Source: Gammaproteobacteria bacterium
Lineage (GTDB): Bacteria > Pseudomonadota > Gammaproteobacteria > Pseudomonadales > Azotimanducaceae
Length of the DNA stretch: 64,000 nt
Direction of reading: 5' to 3'
NCBI GenBank assembly: GCA_021773555.1
Contig: JAJFKA010000030.1
Location: forward strand, 100,435-164,434
Both the position numbers and the translations under genes were made by a program. Below the pieces are notes generated by a model. It was not told where the DNA came from. It searched no databases and saw only the letters and a program-made list of their open reading frames with translations. The first letter of the stretch is position 1. Each line of letters starts with the position of its first letter. Below are positions 27,702 to 37,117 of the stretch, piece by piece.

Positions 27702-28424
27702 TTAAAAATGTGCGGTGAAAGCCATGAATACACCGTCAACTTCGACATCCAGGTCCACATCGAGCGTATCGGCGTCGGCATTGATGGTGAATTTTCGATA
27801 GCCCAGCTCAACCCCAAACTCCGGAAGAATGAAGTTTTCAGTCTCCCATCCCAGCTTTATCTGGTAATCCTTCATATCACCGCTGCCATTCAGTTCTGCA
27901 CCCAGGTACAGACCGGTGAAAGGTAGCCCGAACTTCGCCCTGGCATAGATCAGTGGATGGTAGGCGACCAGATCTTCATTGACGCCGGAGACATTAAGCT
28001 CGCCATCAAATGCCCTGACAGTTAATCCCAGATCCAGGTCGTAGCCGACATCCAGCATTTCGTAATACAAGGTCACGTCTGTGTGCCGTAAATCAAACTC
28101 TGTAACCACCGTCTGACCGACAACAAACGGGGTCCCGTTGAACGCAAACGATTTCCCGATCACACTGGTCCCGGAATCCTTGAGACTATTATGCGCAACT
28201 TTAATATTGGGAATGAACGGCAGCGGATGCTCAATCGCCACCCAGGCATAGGCACCGCCATCCGAACTGATCGAGAAATCCTTATCGAGTGACACATCAC
28301 TGATGGAGTCACCGCTGAAATCAACATGCCAGTAGCCAACGGCACCATAGACACCAAGCACATCTGCCTGCAGCGAAGCTGACAGACAGGTTAACGTTAA
28401 CAAAACCAATAACCGATGTTTCAT
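27702..28424 (-). CDS. outer-membrane beta-barrel protein
   Basis: Signal peptide (LSASLQA-D), alternating amphipathic strands, and C-terminal ...FTAHF aromatic end. Confidence 0.7.
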   Translation of the reverse strand: MKHRLLVLLTLTCLSASLQADVLGVYGAVGYWHVDFSGDSISDVSLDKDFSISSDGGAYAWVAIEHPLPFIPNIKVAHNSLKDSGTSVIGKSFAFNGTPFVVGQTVVTEFDLRHTDVTLYYEMLDVGYDLDLGLTVRAFDGELNVSGVNEDLVAYHPLIYARAKFGLPFTGLYLGAELNGSGDMKDYQIKLGWETENFILPEFGVELGYRKFTINADADTLDVDLDVEVDGVFMAFTAHF

Positions 28425-28500
28425 AGTATTCCTCCCATTCGCCGGGGCATGATAACAGAGCGCGGTGCAACAGTTGTGCTCCTGACCACGGACACGGTAT

Positions 28501-29565
28501 TCAACTCGACGCGACCAACTGCTTGCGGTACTGATAAGGTGACAAGCTTGCCCACTTCAGGAAGGCCCGTCTGAAATTAGTCACTTCCGAGTAACCAAGC
28601 AATTCAGATATTTCCTGCACACTGAGATTCGTCGTTTGCAGGTACTCAATGGCGAGTTCCTTTCGGACGTCGTCGAGTACCTTCTGGTAACTCGTCCCGA
28701 GCTGATTCAGTCGTCTGCGTAACGTCCGCGCCCCAATAGACAAACGCTCGGCAATGACGTCAAGTCTCGGAAACTCGCCCGGCGTGATAAGCAGCAAATG
28801 GCACACCCTGGAAACAATATCATTTTCAATTTCCATATGATCCAGCAACCTTCGACACGAATCTTCGCAGATCCTTGCGGTGTTTGAATCCGCTTCTGCC
28901 AGAGGCTGGTTCAGTAATGCCGAGTCAAAACGATATTCACACCATTGCTGATCAAACCTGACCGGACAGCCGAAAACCGCCGCGAGGTCAATTTCACAGT
29001 CAGGCTCAGCGTAATTGAAGTGGATGGCGTTCGCACGATGTCCCGACCCGACCAGTAGACTGATCAGGGGGGTAATGCCAAGGAACAGATCCTCGACCAC
29101 ATACTGGGCAACAATACCTCCGGGCAGAAGATGTTCGATGCGCAGCACTGCCTCGTGACCTTCGATCAGAAACGTGAGTTCATAAATAGCACCGGCCATC
29201 TTGTGATAGCGAACTGCGATCTGCACAGCCTGCTCCAGGGTAGCACTGCTCATCATGGCGTATCCAAGCAAGCCATATTCCGAAATCGAGACTTCGCGCA
29301 TACTCCGCAGCCAGTAACCACGATCGTCAATCAGGGCAAGCATGTTTTCCAATTGCACGATCCTCTGCCGGTAGGTGATCCGGCCCTGGGGGTCGGCCAG
29401 TGCTTCCGGAGCAATTTCGGTCCCGGCCAGTTGATCAGCAATGTCGTAGCCACGTATCGTTAATGATTGAACCAGCCCCTGCACCTGCGACATCGGAATC
29501 GCTTTTTTATCCAGGCTGTAGTTATGAAAAAATTCTGCGCTGCGCTTTGGAGATTGCCTGGTCAT
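28501..29565 (-). CDS. AraC-family transcriptional regulator
   Basis: C-terminal double HTH (ERLSIGARTLRRRL..., ISELLGYSEVTNFRRAFLKW). Start chosen at ATG 29565, which clears the upstream gene's stop. The longest ORF reaches 29598. Confidence 0.85.
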   Translation of the reverse strand: MTRQSPKRSAEFFHNYSLDKKAIPMSQVQGLVQSLTIRGYDIADQLAGTEIAPEALADPQGRITYRQRIVQLENMLALIDDRGYWLRSMREVSISEYGLLGYAMMSSATLEQAVQIAVRYHKMAGAIYELTFLIEGHEAVLRIEHLLPGGIVAQYVVEDLFLGITPLISLLVGSGHRANAIHFNYAEPDCEIDLAAVFGCPVRFDQQWCEYRFDSALLNQPLAEADSNTARICEDSCRRLLDHMEIENDIVSRVCHLLLITPGEFPRLDVIAERLSIGARTLRRRLNQLGTSYQKVLDDVRKELAIEYLQTTNLSVQEISELLGYSEVTNFRRAFLKWASLSPYQYRKQLVASS

Positions 29566-29569
29566 TGCT

Positions 29570-30319
29570 TCAGAACCTGAAGCGCAATCGTGTACCACAC
29601 AATTGCACCTCGTTGCCGTGCCAGGTCAGATGTAACAAACTGGCGGCATCTCGAATGGCCTTTTCATCCCGCACTTCGAATTCGACGGCACTGACCCCAT
29701 CACCCCGGCCATCTGTGGCGGCAACAAAGTTGATGTAGCTGCCAGCATCCAGCAACAACCTTGTTCCAGTGTTGTCACTGTGTAGTTCCCGGTCGAAAAC
29801 TTCAGCCCATCTCCTGGCCATATCTAACGGCTGATCCGCCTGAATGTCGCAGGCAGCTATATTTCCAACGTTAGCAGCCACTTGTTGCCGCCAGTCAGAG
29901 CCGCCCCAGACCCATTCTTCGGGCGGGATCATCTGGTCAAAAGAGACGATTGCTGCGCCAAGGTCGCGGGGGTGAACATGGAAGGCATACACTTCTTCCG
30001 GCCGTGCTATCTCCCAGATCTTCCGCACTGAACAGGCCTCGACGCGCTCACTGACCACATCGATGTCGTCAACCTGGGCCAGCACCATGTAACCACCGTC
30101 ACCACCGCGACGCTCCAGCAGTCGCCCGGCACTGGTATTTTCCTGACAAGGGGACACCACTTCCAGAAAAGTATCTCCCATGGCCATGACCGAATTAACC
30201 AGGCCGAATTCGCCGACACCCGGGTCGCGGAAATCGGCTTTGATGCCCAATAAAGTGAACAGGTCGTCGCGCACCGGTGTCAGGTTTTCCGCCACCAGGG
30301 CAACTTGTCTCAACCGCAT
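29570..30319 (-). CDS. VOC/glyoxalase-like family protein
   Basis: MRLRQVALVAENL... beta-alpha-beta-beta-beta module character. The longest ORF starts at 30376. Confidence 0.6.
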   Translation of the reverse strand: MRLRQVALVAENLTPVRDDLFTLLGIKADFRDPGVGEFGLVNSVMAMGDTFLEVVSPCQENTSAGRLLERRGGDGGYMVLAQVDDIDVVSERVEACSVRKIWEIARPEEVYAFHVHPRDLGAAIVSFDQMIPPEEWVWGGSDWRQQVAANVGNIAACDIQADQPLDMARRWAEVFDRELHSDNTGTRLLLDAGSYINFVAATDGRGDGVSAVEFEVRDEKAIRDAASLLHLTWHGNEVQLCGTRLRFRF

Positions 30320-30453
30320 CGTGACGCTCCTCGGACTTCTGGCCTCATATTTATTCTCAGAATTGGAAAGTGGCATAGTATCGCCACATTCAAGCTGACG
30401 TAAACGTTAAATTGTTTTAGGATTCGAGCACCCTAACTATTGGAGACACAGCA

Positions 30454-31215
30454 ATGCGATATGTGATCGCAACATTACTGGCAATTCTGGTTTTGCCAGT
30501 ACTCGCGGCAACTGATGAAGGCTTCAAAGCCACCGAGGCCAAAATCAAGGCCGCACTCGAAAATGAGCGACGCGACGACAAGGACCGTGCACGAGACAAA
30601 AATCGAAAGCCACTCGAAACACTGAAATTTTTTGGCTTAACTGACGATATGAAAGTGCTCGAACTCCTACCCGGAGGCGGCTGGTACACGAAAATACTCG
30701 GTCCGGTACTGGAAGAGAAAGGCAAGTTATATATCTCCATCGGTGCCGAACGTGTCGGTGAGGCAGTCGCTGGCACACCCGGATTCGGGTCAACTGAAGT
30801 CATCCCGTTTGATCGGGCGAACTTCAAGCAAATCGAGGGGAAAAGGCGCGCAAGCCTGCCAGAGTTCAGTTTTGGAGTCCGCAAACTGGACATGGTGCTC
30901 ACCTTCCGCAATCAACACAACTTTGACGCGGCTGGTCGAGCGAACATGAATGCTGCAGTCTTTGAAGCTCTACGTAAAGGCGGAAGCTATGGTGTCGTGG
31001 ATCACACCCGGCGCCACATGCAGGACACCACCAACGAGGTCTGGCGACGCATTGACCCGGTGGATGTGATTAAGGAAGCCGAGGCTGCCGGATTTAAGTT
31101 TGTAGGCTATAGCAAACTGCACTACCGACCCGATGATGAACTGCGATATGAAGTCGGCCGCAAGACGGTCACAGGAAATACCGATCGATTTACCCTGTTA
31201 TTCAAAAAGCCCTGA
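30454..31215 (+). CDS. exported class I SAM-methyltransferase-fold protein, paralogue B
   Basis: Signal peptide (VLPVLA-AT), motif I-like VLELLPGGGWYT, and C-terminus GNTDRFTLLFKKP. Colinear similarity to 16104-16859. Confidence 0.65.
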   Translation: MRYVIATLLAILVLPVLAATDEGFKATEAKIKAALENERRDDKDRARDKNRKPLETLKFFGLTDDMKVLELLPGGGWYTKILGPVLEEKGKLYISIGAERVGEAVAGTPGFGSTEVIPFDRANFKQIEGKRRASLPEFSFGVRKLDMVLTFRNQHNFDAAGRANMNAAVFEALRKGGSYGVVDHTRRHMQDTTNEVWRRIDPVDVIKEAEAAGFKFVGYSKLHYRPDDELRYEVGRKTVTGNTDRFTLLFKKP

Positions 31216-31228
31216 CAGGGTCCTAACC

Positions 31229-31251
31229 AGGACGGGGACTCGCCCCGTCCT
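31229..31251. terminator. hairpin between convergent genes
   Basis: AGGACGGGG-ACTCG-CCCCGTCCT, a 9-bp GC-rich stem. The T tracts are weak on both sides. Confidence 0.4.
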
Positions 31252-31268
31252 GTGTTGGGCTTTCAGGC

Positions 31269-31913
31269 TCAACAGAACTGGCGAACATTTTCGATTAAAT
31301 CCTCCGGGCAACACCTGGCCCGAAAATCCACGTCAACAAATTCAAATCCAATGGTGCGATCACGGCGGATGATGAAAGTCGCCGGTAAGGGTAATTCCCA
31401 GCGAGTTGAACCATTGACTTCATCGAGTCGCAGTCCCCAACTCCGGAACAACTCAATCTCGTCTGCCTCCAGTGCGTAAACCAGACCGAATTGGCGAGCA
31501 ATCTGGTTGTCCCGGTCAAACACAACCGAATAATTCCCTGGTACTGCCGCGTCCTGCACAGGCTCCTGAGGTGAGATCGCAAGGTAATAGCAGCCCAGTT
31601 CCTCAAGCTCCTGCTGCACATTGGCATAGGCTTCAAGCTCTGTTCGACAGAACGGGCACCAGTAACCGCGAAAGAAGTTGATGATGACCGGCCCGGATTC
31701 GAGCAGACCATAAAAGCTGCGTGGGGTATTGTGTCGGTCAATAAACTGGAAGTCTGATACCGTCTCATTCGGCTGCAGGCATTTATTGACCAGCCCCTGC
31801 CGGCGCAATCTCGCGGTGGCGCGCGTCAGTATCGCCAGCTGCGGTGTCGGCAATTCTGCGCAACTGGTTGCGCGCAGGCTCGCCAGCTTATCGACAAAAC
31901 TGAGTTTATCCAT
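31269..31913 (-). CDS. peroxiredoxin-like (AhpC/TSA / redoxin family) protein
   Basis: FFRGYWCPFCRTEL thioredoxin-fold CxxC motif. Confidence 0.75.
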   Translation of the reverse strand: MDKLSFVDKLASLRATSCAELPTPQLAILTRATARLRRQGLVNKCLQPNETVSDFQFIDRHNTPRSFYGLLESGPVIINFFRGYWCPFCRTELEAYANVQQELEELGCYYLAISPQEPVQDAAVPGNYSVVFDRDNQIARQFGLVYALEADEIELFRSWGLRLDEVNGSTRWELPLPATFIIRRDRTIGFEFVDVDFRARCCPEDLIENVRQFC

Positions 31914-32086
31914 CAGGACATATTACCCGCATACCGCCTACCTTTTGTTTGGCTCATTGTAACGCTTTCCCGGCATTCAACGGTGATTGCTGTTTGACTA
32001 TGGAACGCAATCTATTATATTCACCAGTCTTTGTTAAATGATTCATTATCAATACTCTTTATTCTTATCAGGAATAGGTGCCAGGC

Positions 32087-32995
32087 ATGGACAGACTTTC
32101 AGCCATGAACATGTTCGTACGAGTCGTCGAAACAGGCAGTTTCTCTGCGGTCGCCAAGGAATTAAGCAGCACTCAGCCGACAATCAGCAAGAATATTGCC
32201 GAGCTTGAGTCCTGGCTGGGTGCAAAATTGCTGAATCGGAGCACCAGAAGCCTGCGCCTGACGGAGACCGGGGCCGACTATTACGAACGCTGTGTGGCAA
32301 TACTCCAGGATGTGGAAGAGGCGGAGCAAGTCGTCGGTCAGCTCCAAACCCAGCCTAAGGGCATGGTTCGCGTCAGTGCAGTGGTGGCCTTCGGTCGCCT
32401 GCACATTGTTCCTCGCCTGGAGCAGTTCTACCAGCAATACCCCGACATCAAAATCGATCTGACCCTCAACGACCGTGTCGTGGACCTTGTTGAGGAGGGA
32501 ATCGACGTGGCATTTCGAATGGGCATCCTGCCCGACTCAAATCTTATCGCCAAACGCTTGTGCGCCAGTCCGATTGTCACCGTTGCTTCCCATCAATACC
32601 TGAAACACCACGGCATCCCTGTCCATCCGCGAGACCTGCGCGAGCACAACTATATCGTGTACTCCGGCGCCGGCAGTATCCGCGAGACTCAATTTCAGGA
32701 AAATGGTGAACCCTTTTACGTCAAAGTGAACGGCAACCTGACCACTAATAACACTGAAGCGCTACGGATCGCTTTGATTTCCGGACTTGGCATCAGCCGT
32801 GCACCACGCTGGCTGGTTGGCGATGCGATTGGCAGTGGCGAACTTGTCGAAGTATTAGCGGCTTTTCAGCCCGCCCCCCTCGACATATTTGCAGTTTATT
32901 CACCTGGCCGGCATCTGCCCTCAAAAGTCCGTTGCTTCATCGACTTTTTCAGTGCGCAGTTTGGCGATTGCTCAATGATTGGCGGTTGTGCGTAA
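32087..32995 (+). CDS. LysR-family transcriptional regulator
   Basis: N-terminal HTH (MDRLSAMNMFVRVVETGSFSAVAKELSSTQPTISKNI) and a LysR substrate-binding domain. Divergent from the peroxiredoxin-like gene. Confidence 0.9.
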   Translation: MDRLSAMNMFVRVVETGSFSAVAKELSSTQPTISKNIAELESWLGAKLLNRSTRSLRLTETGADYYERCVAILQDVEEAEQVVGQLQTQPKGMVRVSAVVAFGRLHIVPRLEQFYQQYPDIKIDLTLNDRVVDLVEEGIDVAFRMGILPDSNLIAKRLCASPIVTVASHQYLKHHGIPVHPRDLREHNYIVYSGAGSIRETQFQENGEPFYVKVNGNLTTNNTEALRIALISGLGISRAPRWLVGDAIGSGELVEVLAAFQPAPLDIFAVYSPGRHLPSKVRCFIDFFSAQFGDCSMIGGCA

Positions 32996-33037
32996 TCCAC
33001 CGCAAAGGAAGACTGAACTAACGTGGGTGTGTGGGAG

Positions 33038-33316
33038 CTAGTTCAGCAGGCTCTTAAGGAAAACCTCAAGATTCGGCGCTGCAGGTCCCGCAGCGCGATG
33101 CGCCGCAAAACCAACCAGTCCAGCCCAACCGGTCATCAACAGCAACGTTATTCTGTTGAACAATCCGGTCTTGACGTAAATCGGCGTCCGGGTTGACCAG
33201 CCGGCTTCCGTTGATTGCTGAATTGAGCGCTCAATCGAACTTTTAAGTTCTGGTTCCAGCTCCGCCGGGAGGCTGTTTTCCAGTGTCCTGGGACAAATAC
33301 AGTTTTGTACACACAT
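33038..33316 (-). CDS. hypothetical small protein (one predicted TM)
   Basis: Only an ORF with a hydrophobic segment (ITLLLMTGWAGLVGFAA). No recognisable motif, so it may not be expressed. Confidence 0.25.
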   Translation of the reverse strand: MCVQNCICPRTLENSLPAELEPELKSSIERSIQQSTEAGWSTRTPIYVKTGLFNRITLLLMTGWAGLVGFAAHRAAGPAAPNLEVFLKSLLN

Positions 33317-33465
33317 GGCTTTCAGGGAGTTATCTTTAATAGCACGCTATTCTATATATTCAATTACAAGTGTAAATAGGAGTCAGCGGAATAGGATGGA
33401 TTCAGTGTGAGAATATATAAATTAACCCATAGCCGACTCGACAAATACCCCGCGAAGAATTCGCC

Positions 33466-33957
33466 TCAGAGCGGCTTAACCAGCAGGGAGACCTCTTTGC
33501 GACCCCCTTCCGTTGCCTGCGTCGCACGCTGCGCAAAGCCCAGACCCAGATGCAGGCGCATGGAGTCAGGATTGGGCGGAACAAGGTTTACTTCACAACA
33601 AAGTGATGACAGCCCAGCGGCTTGAGCTTGCGTCGCAAGGTGTTGGTACAACAACGAGGCTACGCCGCGGCGCCTGAAATCCGGACTCACCATGATTCGG
33701 TCTATATACAGAAAGTCTGACAGGTGATCAACGAACCATCGATAATTCATGCTCTCGTAGCCTGCACCCGCCTCCAGCGCAACCACAAAGCCCGCCACTT
33801 CGCCTGATTCGACAACCTTCTCGAATTGGTTCGCGTAGCCGAGGAATTCTGCCATCTGTTTCCGGTCGATTGAGTTTACATGCGGTACGTTCGACTCGTT
33901 CAATTCAAGCAAACCGGCAAGATCAGCTTCAACCACGGGCAGTATTTCAAAAGTCAT
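33466..33957 (-). CDS. GNAT-family N-acetyltransferase
   Basis: Motif A RRRGVASLLYQHL in a 163-aa protein. Confidence 0.8.
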   Translation of the reverse strand: MTFEILPVVEADLAGLLELNESNVPHVNSIDRKQMAEFLGYANQFEKVVESGEVAGFVVALEAGAGYESMNYRWFVDHLSDFLYIDRIMVSPDFRRRGVASLLYQHLATQAQAAGLSSLCCEVNLVPPNPDSMRLHLGLGFAQRATQATEGGRKEVSLLVKPL

Positions 33958-34083
33958 TGTTTAACATCCGCTTTTTGCCCACCTGAACTGACTCGAATCT
34001 ATTCAGTATTATATTTCAGATGAGCGGTTAAGATGAGGAGAACCAGTCAGGTTCGAAAAAAACTGGCGTAACCGGAAAAAAAA

Positions 34084-34110
34084 TGAACCGGATGACCAGT
34101 GAATCCGTCT
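34084..34110 (+). promoter_or_regulatory. candidate ECF-type promoter
   Basis: TGAACC (34084-34089), 16 nt, then CGTCT (34106-34110), about 20 nt upstream of the sigma-factor ATG. This resembles the GAAC-N16/17-CGTC pattern of autoregulated ECF promoters. Confidence 0.4.
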
Positions 34111-34128
34111 TATTAGTGTGGAAAAGCT

Positions 34129-34776
34129 ATGAACCTCACAACTGAGCGAATTGTAGATGAATATCTCGTGTTGCGCTGCCAGAACCATGAGCACGCGGCA
34201 CTGGATATTCTGGTAGCGAAGTGGCAGGGACCTTTTGTGAAATACGCCGCCATTGTAACGCGAGATCCGGATCTTGCCGCAGACATCGTGCAGGATGCGT
34301 GGATCAAAATAATCAAGGGGCTTCCGTCGCTGCGAGATGCTGGATTATTTCAGGCCTGGGCCTACCGCATTGTTAACAACCGCTGTACCGACATGCTCCG
34401 CAAGCCACAAGTTCGCGGCGCAGACGCGCTGCCCGAGGACGTCAGAGTCAATCCGTTCCGCCAGTTGGAAGATCGTGACGAAGTACAGGTCCTGCTCGCG
34501 CGACTCGGCGACAAACATCGCTCGGTATTAGCGCTGCATTACCTGCAGGGCTTTGATGTGGCCGAGATCGCGAAGATCACCAGCACCGCAGAAGGTACCG
34601 TCAAATCCAGGCTATTCACCGGCAGAGAGAAATTTCGTGAACTGCTTGAACGAACTCAGCCAACCACCCGGGCAACAACCGGACAACAACATGCTCAATC
34701 AAAATCAGGAGATCGCCATGGACAAACTGGACGAACAAATTCTGGCGGCGCTGGAGAATGCCTCCCTGCAACCTGA
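34129..34776 (+). CDS. ECF (sigma-70 family) RNA polymerase sigma factor
   Basis: Region 2 (DIVQDAWIKI...) and region 4.2 HTH (VAEIAKITSTAEGTVKSRL). The low-complexity tail of about 40 aa overlaps the next gene. Confidence 0.85.
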   Translation: MNLTTERIVDEYLVLRCQNHEHAALDILVAKWQGPFVKYAAIVTRDPDLAADIVQDAWIKIIKGLPSLRDAGLFQAWAYRIVNNRCTDMLRKPQVRGADALPEDVRVNPFRQLEDRDEVQVLLARLGDKHRSVLALHYLQGFDVAEIAKITSTAEGTVKSRLFTGREKFRELLERTQPTTRATTGQQHAQSKSGDRHGQTGRTNSGGAGECLPAT

Positions 34777-35113
34777 ACCAGACGACGAGTTGGCTGGCCT
34801 CACCCAGGATTTCCTCGAAACCTTTCAGGGCACCTACCGGCACGTGATGATGATCACATGGCTGAAGATGGGCATTGTCTACGTCCTGATGTTGGGGAGT
34901 GCCTATCAATTCTTTCAACAGGATGCCGTCATGCCAATGATTGCCTGGGCAAGCGCCACCATCATATTTACGGTCGCCGCAACCTGCATCATGTTATTTT
35001 TGTGGATCAAGATTAATCACAATACAACCACGCGCGAAATCAAGAAACTCGAACTCCAGATCGCATTGATGGTTCGGGAAATACGCGCAACTGCTGCTAC
35101 ACAGGAGAATTAG
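34718..35113 (+). CDS. two-TM membrane protein, candidate anti-sigma / sigma partner
   Basis: Acidic N-terminus, two TM helices (VMMITWLKMGIVYVLML, ASATIIFTVAATCIMLFLWI) and a C-terminal coiled coil. An alternative ATG lies at 34691. The longest ORF starts at 34553. Confidence 0.5.
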   Translation: MDKLDEQILAALENASLQPEPDDELAGLTQDFLETFQGTYRHVMMITWLKMGIVYVLMLGSAYQFFQQDAVMPMIAWASATIIFTVAATCIMLFLWIKINHNTTTREIKKLELQIALMVREIRATAATQEN

Positions 35114-35896
35114 ATGCGCTTGATCTTTGCCTTACTCTGCATGCTCGGTTTCGCCCCCTCGGTCGACGCCGACGTCCAGACTGAACAAGCAGGAGAACTC
35201 CAGACCGTTCAACCGGGCGCGTTATCCGCTCGAGATGTAATAAAAAAAATGGAAGCACTTTATCGTGGGGATTCCAGTAAATCCCTGATCACCATGAAAG
35301 TACAAACACCCCAGTACCAGCGTGAGATGAAAATGGAGGGAAAGAGCCTGGGCGAGGAACTGGCGTTTTTCAGGTTTCTCTCACCACGAAAGGATCGAGG
35401 CATCGCAACCTTAAAGCGTGGCCTGGAAATGTGGAATTATTTGCCCAAGATCAACAAGGTGATAAAGGTGCCTCCATCGATGATGATGAGTTCCTGGATG
35501 GGTAGTGATTTTACCAACGATGACCTGGTCAAAGAGACCACCCTGATTGACGCATACGATCTGGAACTCGAAGAAACACAGGATCACTATCGCGTGGTGC
35601 TGACGCCGAGAGAGAAAACCGTGACGGTCTGGGGCAGAATCGATTACGTCGTCAGCAAAGTTCCGTTGTTACCTGTCGAGCAGGTTTTTTACGATGATCG
35701 AGGCGAGAAAATTCGACACTTGTCATTTACCGAACCGAAAGAATTCAACGGCAGATTGATGCCTTCGATGCTTGAAATGACGCCATTGAAAAAACCGGGT
35801 CACAGCACCCTGATTATCTATGACGAACTGGTTTTCAATCCCGAGGATGTCAGTGATGCGACCTTCTCCCTGCATAATTTGAAGAGCCGCTTCTGA
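35114..35896 (+). CDS. LolA-like outer-membrane lipoprotein-sorting protein
   Basis: Signal peptide (APSVDA-D). Sequence character of the LolA_like family that accompanies FtsX/MacB permeases. The ATG directly follows the upstream TAG. Confidence 0.65.
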   Translation: MRLIFALLCMLGFAPSVDADVQTEQAGELQTVQPGALSARDVIKKMEALYRGDSSKSLITMKVQTPQYQREMKMEGKSLGEELAFFRFLSPRKDRGIATLKRGLEMWNYLPKINKVIKVPPSMMMSSWMGSDFTNDDLVKETTLIDAYDLELEETQDHYRVVLTPREKTVTVWGRIDYVVSKVPLLPVEQVFYDDRGEKIRHLSFTEPKEFNGRLMPSMLEMTPLKKPGHSTLIIYDELVFNPEDVSDATFSLHNLKSRF

Positions 35897-37116
35897 TGTT
35901 GATTTTCAAAATTGCTTTTCGAAATATATTCAGGCAAAGGCGTCGCTCTATGTTGACAGGTCTCAGCATGATCGGTGGTTACGTCCTTTGCGCGTTTTCA
36001 TTTTCCCTGCAGAATGGTAGTTACGGTAATGCGATTGATATTTTTACACTCGATCACACCGGCCACATCCAGATTCACAAGGAGAACTACCTCAAGCGAC
36101 CGAAGATCCACAAAACGATCAACAACGCAGAGGAAATCGGCAGACTGCTTGAAGTCGAAGCTGACATTGTGAGCTTTTCCGCGAGAGTATTTGCACCCGC
36201 TCTGGCCTATGGGGACGCCAAGACATCCCCTGCCAGCATCTTTGGTATTGATGTGGAAAAGGAACCTCAAACATCACGAATCACCCAGAAGGTCCAGCAG
36301 GGCGAATACTTTAGCGCATCAATGAATGCTGATGGATTCTATTCCGCGATGATCGGCCAGGGGCTAGCCAATACACTGAAGATGAATGTCGGGGACGAAC
36401 TGGTGTTAATTTCCCAGGGCGCCGATGGTTCCATCGCGAATGATATCTATGTGGTGAGCGCCATTGTCGGCAACAAGACTTCCCATGACAGACAAGGGGT
36501 GTACCTGCCGTTGGCAGCAGCCCAGGAGTTTCTCAGCCTTGGTAATGATGTTCACGAGGTAGTCATTGTCGTCGATCACCGGGATGACGCACGCGGTATC
36601 GCCAGGACCCTTCAGGACAAGATGCCAGACGTCACCGTCTCTCCCTGGCAGGTAGTGGAAGCGACTTTCTTTAAAACCATGGAAGCCGACCAGGAAGGGA
36701 ATTACTTTACGATGGCAATTATTATATTCATCGTCTTTATCGGCGTGTTAAACACAGTGCTCATGTCCGTACTTGAACGGACTCGCGAATTTGGCGTGCT
36801 GCGCGCAATAGGTAGTCGGCCCATAAACATCGTGCAGATGGTTTTTCTGGAGACCATGCTCCTGGCGCTTATCAGCATCGGGATTGGCATGGTGTTAAGC
36901 CTGCCATTGATTCTCTGGTTTACAGAAGTGGGATTTCTGCTGGCAGAACCCATCGACGCTGGCGGCGTCGCATTCCAGCATCTCCGCGGTGAGTTCTCCG
37001 CATTCGTATTCTTCGCGCCGATGGCGCTCATCCTCTCGTTTGCAGCAGTTGTCAGCATCCCGCCAGGCTTGCGGGCAGCCCGGGTATTACCGCGCGACGC
37101 GCTGGGGGCGCACTGA
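35896..37116 (+). CDS. ABC transporter permease, FtsX/MacB type
   Basis: FRNIFRQRRRS N-terminus, large periplasmic loop between TM1 and TM2, and a C-terminal FtsX 3-TM bundle. The ATG overlaps the upstream TGA. Confidence 0.85.
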   Translation: MLIFKIAFRNIFRQRRRSMLTGLSMIGGYVLCAFSFSLQNGSYGNAIDIFTLDHTGHIQIHKENYLKRPKIHKTINNAEEIGRLLEVEADIVSFSARVFAPALAYGDAKTSPASIFGIDVEKEPQTSRITQKVQQGEYFSASMNADGFYSAMIGQGLANTLKMNVGDELVLISQGADGSIANDIYVVSAIVGNKTSHDRQGVYLPLAAAQEFLSLGNDVHEVVIVVDHRDDARGIARTLQDKMPDVTVSPWQVVEATFFKTMEADQEGNYFTMAIIIFIVFIGVLNTVLMSVLERTREFGVLRAIGSRPINIVQMVFLETMLLALISIGIGMVLSLPLILWFTEVGFLLAEPIDAGGVAFQHLRGEFSAFVFFAPMALILSFAAVVSIPPGLRAARVLPRDALGAH

Positions 37117-37117
37117 G

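Noticed and set aside
34553-34776. The long overlap between the ECF sigma ORF tail and the next ORF, as a possible frameshift or gene fusion.
   Set aside because: Sigma region 4.2 is complete before the overlap, and the downstream protein has plausible internal ATG starts (34691 or 34718). This is most simply a start-codon over-extension plus a low-complexity sigma tail. I cannot tell more without orthologues.
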